A stretch of DNA of 20,000 bases. Source: an uncultured virus (IMG/VR IMGVR_UViG_3300014204_013755). Its lineage: Duplodnaviria; Heunggongvirae; Uroviricota; Caudoviricetes. Under the pieces are notes generated by a model. That model did no database searches, had not been told where the DNA came from, and saw nothing but the letters and a program-made list of their open reading frames with translations. The DNA is taken from the IMG/VR virus record IMGVR_UViG_3300014204_013755, one strand, 5' to 3'. Below are positions 16,562 through 20,000 of this stretch, one piece after another. The translations under genes and the position numbers were made by a program. How positions within the stretch are numbered: the first letter of the stretch is position 1; each line of letters begins with the position of its first letter.

Positions 16562-17285
16562 TAATATTTTTATTTTTAATTAAATTAAAAAAATCACCAA
16601 TTTTTATTTCTTTTATTTCACCCGTTTTTTTATTTTTAACTCTCATAACTGATTGATAATGAGTGCATTTACCTATGTTTGTCTCCCCCATAATAACGTT
16701 AAGAGTTCCAATGTCCCAACCACCTGTAAGAATATTATCAAGTGATGACCACCCAGTTTTAACTTTGTTTACATTTACATTTTGTTTATGAGATTCTGGG
16801 TCATAAAAATCTGAACCCAAATCTTCATCAGTATTATCAATAATTAAAAGATTTTTATATAGGTTTTCAAGTTCGGACGTTATACCAAGAACATTGGTTA
16901 TATTAATATCATCCAAACTTCTTATTAACTCAACACTTTTGAAAACTCTTTCTTTAACAGCACTTGATATTTTCCAAGCTCTAAATCTATTTTCAATCCA
17001 ATCTTTTTCAATGTTATCATTTTGGTTCTTTAGTATGACCCGTAATGCATTATCCGATATTTTATTTTCGGGGTCATTTATTTTAACCATACCAACTATC
17101 TGGTCATTGGATGGAACTCTTTTTACTTTTGCTGATAAATAATAATCATGTATTAATTTATAAACAAATTGTATTTCATCCTGTTTAAAAAATGATGGTT
17201 CAACAAATTGAAATTGTAATGGGTTCGCCAATATGTAAGTAAAGAACGATAATTCCGTTTGTGGTGCAACCTTTTCCCCTGCCAT
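16548..17285 (-). CDS. N-terminal 206 aa of the gp41/DnaB-like helicase fused to a 39-aa split intein N-fragment
   Basis: TGWSSLDNILTGGW...LNVIMGETNIGK then CTHYQSVMRVKNKKTGEIKEIKIGDFF (intein block A) and a stop. Confidence 0.92.
   Translation of the reverse strand: MAGEKVAPQTELSFFTYILANPLQFQFVEPSFFKQDEIQFVYKLIHDYYLSAKVKRVPSNDQIVGMVKINDPENKISDNALRVILKNQNDNIEKDWIENRFRAWKISSAVKERVFKSVELIRSLDDINITNVLGITSELENLYKNLLIIDNTDEDLGSDFYDPESHKQNVNVNKVKTGWSSLDNILTGGWDIGTLNVIMGETNIGKCTHYQSVMRVKNKKTGEIKEIKIGDFFNLIKNKNINDGL
16551..16667 (-). mobile_element. IntN half (39 aa) of an atypically split intein
   Basis: Cys1 codon at 16665-16667 immediately follows the Walker A Lys. Confidence 0.88.
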
Positions 17286-17313
17286 TTCACTTAAAATATT
17301 TTTAGATAAAAAA

Positions 17314-17335
17314 ACATGTGAGAATTCTCACATGT
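17314..17335 (-). terminator. Intrinsic terminator or palindromic site after the recombinase gene
   Basis: Perfect 22-bp palindrome ACATGTGAGAATTCTCACATGT flanked by A and T tracts. Confidence 0.75.
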
Positions 17336-17357
17336 CTTTTTTTTATTATATTACTAA

Positions 17358-18590
17358 TTAATCAAAAAGTTTAGTATCTGCTCCGTCAACATCAATATCA
17401 AATGTTTCATCAATAGCAGTTTCTTCTGCTTTATGATGAGCATCTAATGATTGTTCTTGATATTGTTGAGCTTCTTCATAAGATGCATATCTGAAATAAT
17501 CTTTTACAACAGGTTCTAAATTAGACAAAATCTCTTTTGTAAATATTTTGGAAGTATAAAGCTCCTTATCATAAAAGGTTTGGTCTAAATGACGAACATA
17601 CCATTTCGAACGTTGTCCACCAGCTTCAAAAACCATATTACCATCAGTACCCTTTACCAATTTACCTCTTGCAATTCCGAATTTTTCATAATTTTCTGCT
17701 GTTAAAAAGAAATCTAAACCACCAAACTTATTAGTGCCACCATCACCATCGATATCAAACTTTATTTTTTTCAGTTTTGCTAAACGATTTTTCTTAGCTT
17801 TTGCACTAACTATAATACCAGTCTGTCCTATTGACATATCATCTTCCCTATCACTTTTTAATTTAGCTGATGAAAGATAAACAATAACAGATGCTGAGTA
17901 TTCAAGACCTTTACCACCATTCATAATAGCCTGTGGAAATAAATCCTGAGACAAATAAATATGATTAGTTGCTACAAGAGGCATACGCAAATATCCCATT
18001 TCAACTGATATAATTCTAAATAACGATTTAAGTGATTTAGCCCTTGTCATATCTTGTTTGTTTTTACCTTCTATTGCATCATCAATTTCTTTTCTTGATG
18101 CAACACCACCAATAGAATCAAAAAATATAATTGTTTTACGAACATCAAATCCTTCTTCTTTTTTAATTCTCATACTATTAAGAAACTTAGCCATAACAGT
18201 CTTAATAGTTTCAATGTCCTTGATTTTTATCAATTGGAAATTTTCTTTTTTAACATCAATTCCAAAAGTTTCAAATGTAGATAAGTTACAGGCGTGTTCA
18301 GTATCAATGTAAACAACATAATATCCCTGTTTCTGAGCATTTCTGGCTATATTATAACAGATATAAGATTTACCTGTTTGTGGGTCACCAGCAAACACTG
18401 TAATTCTATCATCTGCGATACCACCATCAATTACATGAGTAGATAATAAAGCATCCAAAATATGGATGTCTGTGCTAATAAACGTGCTTTTGATGTTGGA
18501 ATTTTCTAAGATAACATCTGTCTTGTCTGAGGCAGATTCAAGTAGACCTGAAATGTCACTGAATGCATTTGTTGAATTTTTCTTTGCCAT
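17358..18590 (-). CDS. uvsX: UvsX/RecA-like recombinase
   Basis: Walker A GDPQTGKS, YIDTE, Walker B IFFDSIG, DMTRAK, TNHIY, GGKGLEYSAS, KNRL. Confidence 0.9.
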   Translation of the reverse strand: MAKKNSTNAFSDISGLLESASDKTDVILENSNIKSTFISTDIHILDALLSTHVIDGGIADDRITVFAGDPQTGKSYICYNIARNAQKQGYYVVYIDTEHACNLSTFETFGIDVKKENFQLIKIKDIETIKTVMAKFLNSMRIKKEEGFDVRKTIIFFDSIGGVASRKEIDDAIEGKNKQDMTRAKSLKSLFRIISVEMGYLRMPLVATNHIYLSQDLFPQAIMNGGKGLEYSASVIVYLSSAKLKSDREDDMSIGQTGIIVSAKAKKNRLAKLKKIKFDIDGDGGTNKFGGLDFFLTAENYEKFGIARGKLVKGTDGNMVFEAGGQRSKWYVRHLDQTFYDKELYTSKIFTKEILSNLEPVVKDYFRYASYEEAQQYQEQSLDAHHKAEETAIDETFDIDVDGADTKLFD

Positions 18591-18849
18591 TTTAATTTAA
18601 ATTGTTTTTTATGCTATAAAAGCTATTAAAGCGAATAATTGCCGTTTAATGCTTTTTAATCTTGTAGGATTAAAAAACTAAAAAGTTTTCAAAAAATTAA
18701 ATTATTTAAAATTTTGAAGTGCGGTTATTATATATAAATCGGAAAATTATTTTTTATAAAATATCAAGGAGTTACAAAATAATTCGAAAATTTATTTCAT
18801 AGACCCAATTATAAGTTATATATACTTTAAAATTAGAATAGTTTAAAAT

Positions 18850-19248
18850 ATGAATTTTTATATAGTATTTTGTAAAACCCGAAAAAAGTTCGATAAGTAT
18901 ATAAAAGTAAATAGAATAAGAAATAAAGTCATCATTGATATAAAAGACCAATTAGAACAAGAAGATATTGAATATGAGGATTTTAAAGAATATTTTGATG
19001 TGATTATTTACACAAAAATAATACATGCTTTCAAAAAAGGGAAAGATGTATATTATATTCCCAATTTTGAAAAAGAAAACATAGATATTAAAGAAATATT
19101 CAAGGTATCAAATACGATAAGAAATTCAGAAATAAAATATAATGTTTTATTTTTTCATGATGAATTCAAAAATGATAATCATATAAATAATTCAATAATA
19201 GAAAATATTGATAAATTTAATACATCCCAGATTATAAAAGATTATTAA
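18850..19248 (+). CDS. Hypothetical phage protein
   Basis: 132-aa ORF divergent from uvsX. Confidence 0.75.
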   Translation: MNFYIVFCKTRKKFDKYIKVNRIRNKVIIDIKDQLEQEDIEYEDFKEYFDVIIYTKIIHAFKKGKDVYYIPNFEKENIDIKEIFKVSNTIRNSEIKYNVLFFHDEFKNDNHINNSIIENIDKFNTSQIIKDY

Positions 19249-19580
19249 AAAAGATGATTATGTTCTTCTAAAAACTTATCAAAATACTTTTTCCTTTCGA
19301 CTACGAACCAGAAATCTTCACCTTCAATATCAATACATTTATCATTGTAATCTTTTTTCATTCGTTTAACAACTTCAATAAATTGATTAACTGTGGTTGT
19401 ATTTTGAAATTGCATCACAAGTTTATTATCAATATAAATATCAGTCCACGATGTATTGTCAGCTTTAGAAAAATCCCACGAGCATTCAATATCGTGTTCT
19501 TTACAATATTTGTATACTTCAAAATTTTTACCTCGTTCTAATAACTCTCCAAGTAGTAAATTATCTGACATATTCAACAT
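19245..19580 (-). CDS. Hypothetical protein
   Basis: 111-aa ORF with TATATTTG upstream on the - strand. Confidence 0.7.
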   Translation of the reverse strand: MLNMSDNLLLGELLERGKNFEVYKYCKEHDIECSWDFSKADNTSWTDIYIDNKLVMQFQNTTTVNQFIEVVKRMKKDYNDKCIDIEGEDFWFVVERKKYFDKFLEEHNHLF

Positions 19581-19614
19581 TTTTATTCTTTTATACTTTA
19601 TTTTTTAATATATA

Positions 19615-19622
19615 CAAATATA
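19615..19622 (-). promoter_or_regulatory. Bacteroidota-type -7 element TATATTTG
   Basis: CAAATATA on the + strand, 34 nt upstream of the start at 19580. Confidence 0.5.
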
Positions 19623-19667
19623 ACGATTATTCTAATAAAAATTATTATTTACTACATGTATAATGAA

Positions 19668-20000
19668 ATGAGTTTTTTATTCAGTAAGGATTTGAAAGTT
19701 GATACCCAAAGAACTAATGGTATTCCTTTGTCGAATATCCAAACATTAAAAGAAAGAATTGTTCCTGAAAAACAATATGTTGTTTATAAAGATAAAAATT
19801 TTTTTAAAGGACAAAATGGTGCTATCAGAAATTATATTAAAGAAAAAATATATGATAACGATTCTACTGATACAAACCCCTATATACAATTATTGAAAGA
19901 CCCTGAATTTCAAAAAGGTTCAAAAACTTTAAGACCAAGTGATTTTTCTTATCTTAGAGATATGGGTGTTTATCCTTTAAATAGATTAATAATTCTTAGA
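19668..20000 (+). CDS. 5' part of a phage protein, possibly structural (partial; alternative start 19656)
   Basis: Open to the window end: MSFLFSKDLKVDTQ...NPYIQLL...DFSYLRDMGVYPLNRLIILR; absent from the ORF track because it has no stop in the window. Confidence 0.75.
   Translation, partial: MSFLFSKDLKVDTQRTNGIPLSNIQTLKERIVPEKQYVVYKDKNFFKGQNGAIRNYIKEKIYDNDSTDTNPYIQLLKDPEFQKGSKTLRPSDFSYLRDMGVYPLNRLIILR

Noticed and set aside
14344..17285. Helicase as a pseudogene or interrupted by a group I intron
   Set aside because: Both breakpoints carry intact intein termini (Cys1; His-Asn/Ser), and the gaps (14-nt overlap, 10 nt) leave no non-coding room for a ribozyme
575..18312. Antisense shadow ORFs (575-826, 1637-2059, 2208-2489, 3645-3878, 5561-6103, 6912-7169, 7036-7242, 7649-7840, 8662-8868, 9115-9324, 14089-14331, 16894-17142, 18058-18312)
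   Set aside because: They lie opposite better-supported genes and have the biased F/I/S/L composition typical of reverse frames
1..20000. Alternative genetic code (stop reassignment)
   Set aside because: Long conserved genes are intact in code 11 and gene density is high; TAA is the normal terminator and only two suspect internal stops were seen
1..20000. CRISPR array, tRNA, rRNA or DGR template/variable repeats
   Set aside because: No regularly spaced repeats, cloverleaf motifs, long near-duplicate segments or reverse transcriptase seen by eye; intergenic gaps are short

Overview
AT-rich, gene-dense segment of a large (jumbo-type, T4-like replication genes) dsDNA phage, standard code, probably infecting Bacteroidota: the NrdJ is Bacteroides-like, there are TAnnTTTG promoter motifs, Shine-Dalgarno sites are not obvious, and one gene is a lipoprotein. 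Positions 1-10.9 kb are mostly small + strand accessory genes (C39-like peptidase, HNH nuclease, HExxH protein, Zn-finger proteins, decayed genes), with two - strand genes inserted. Positions 10.9-18.6 kb are a - strand DNA-metabolism block: UvsX/RecA, gp41/DnaB-like helicase, an acidic protein and class II ribonucleotide reductase. The main finding is a fractured helicase gene. It is split inside Walker A by a naturally and atypically split intein (39-aa IntN, 121-aa IntC), with a free-standing Vsr-like homing endonuclease between the halves. Other candidates are a truncated, catalytically dead defence-ATPase-like protein, a Tad2-like protein and an ADP-ribosyltransferase-like protein. Family assignments come from motif recognition by eye; no searches were run.
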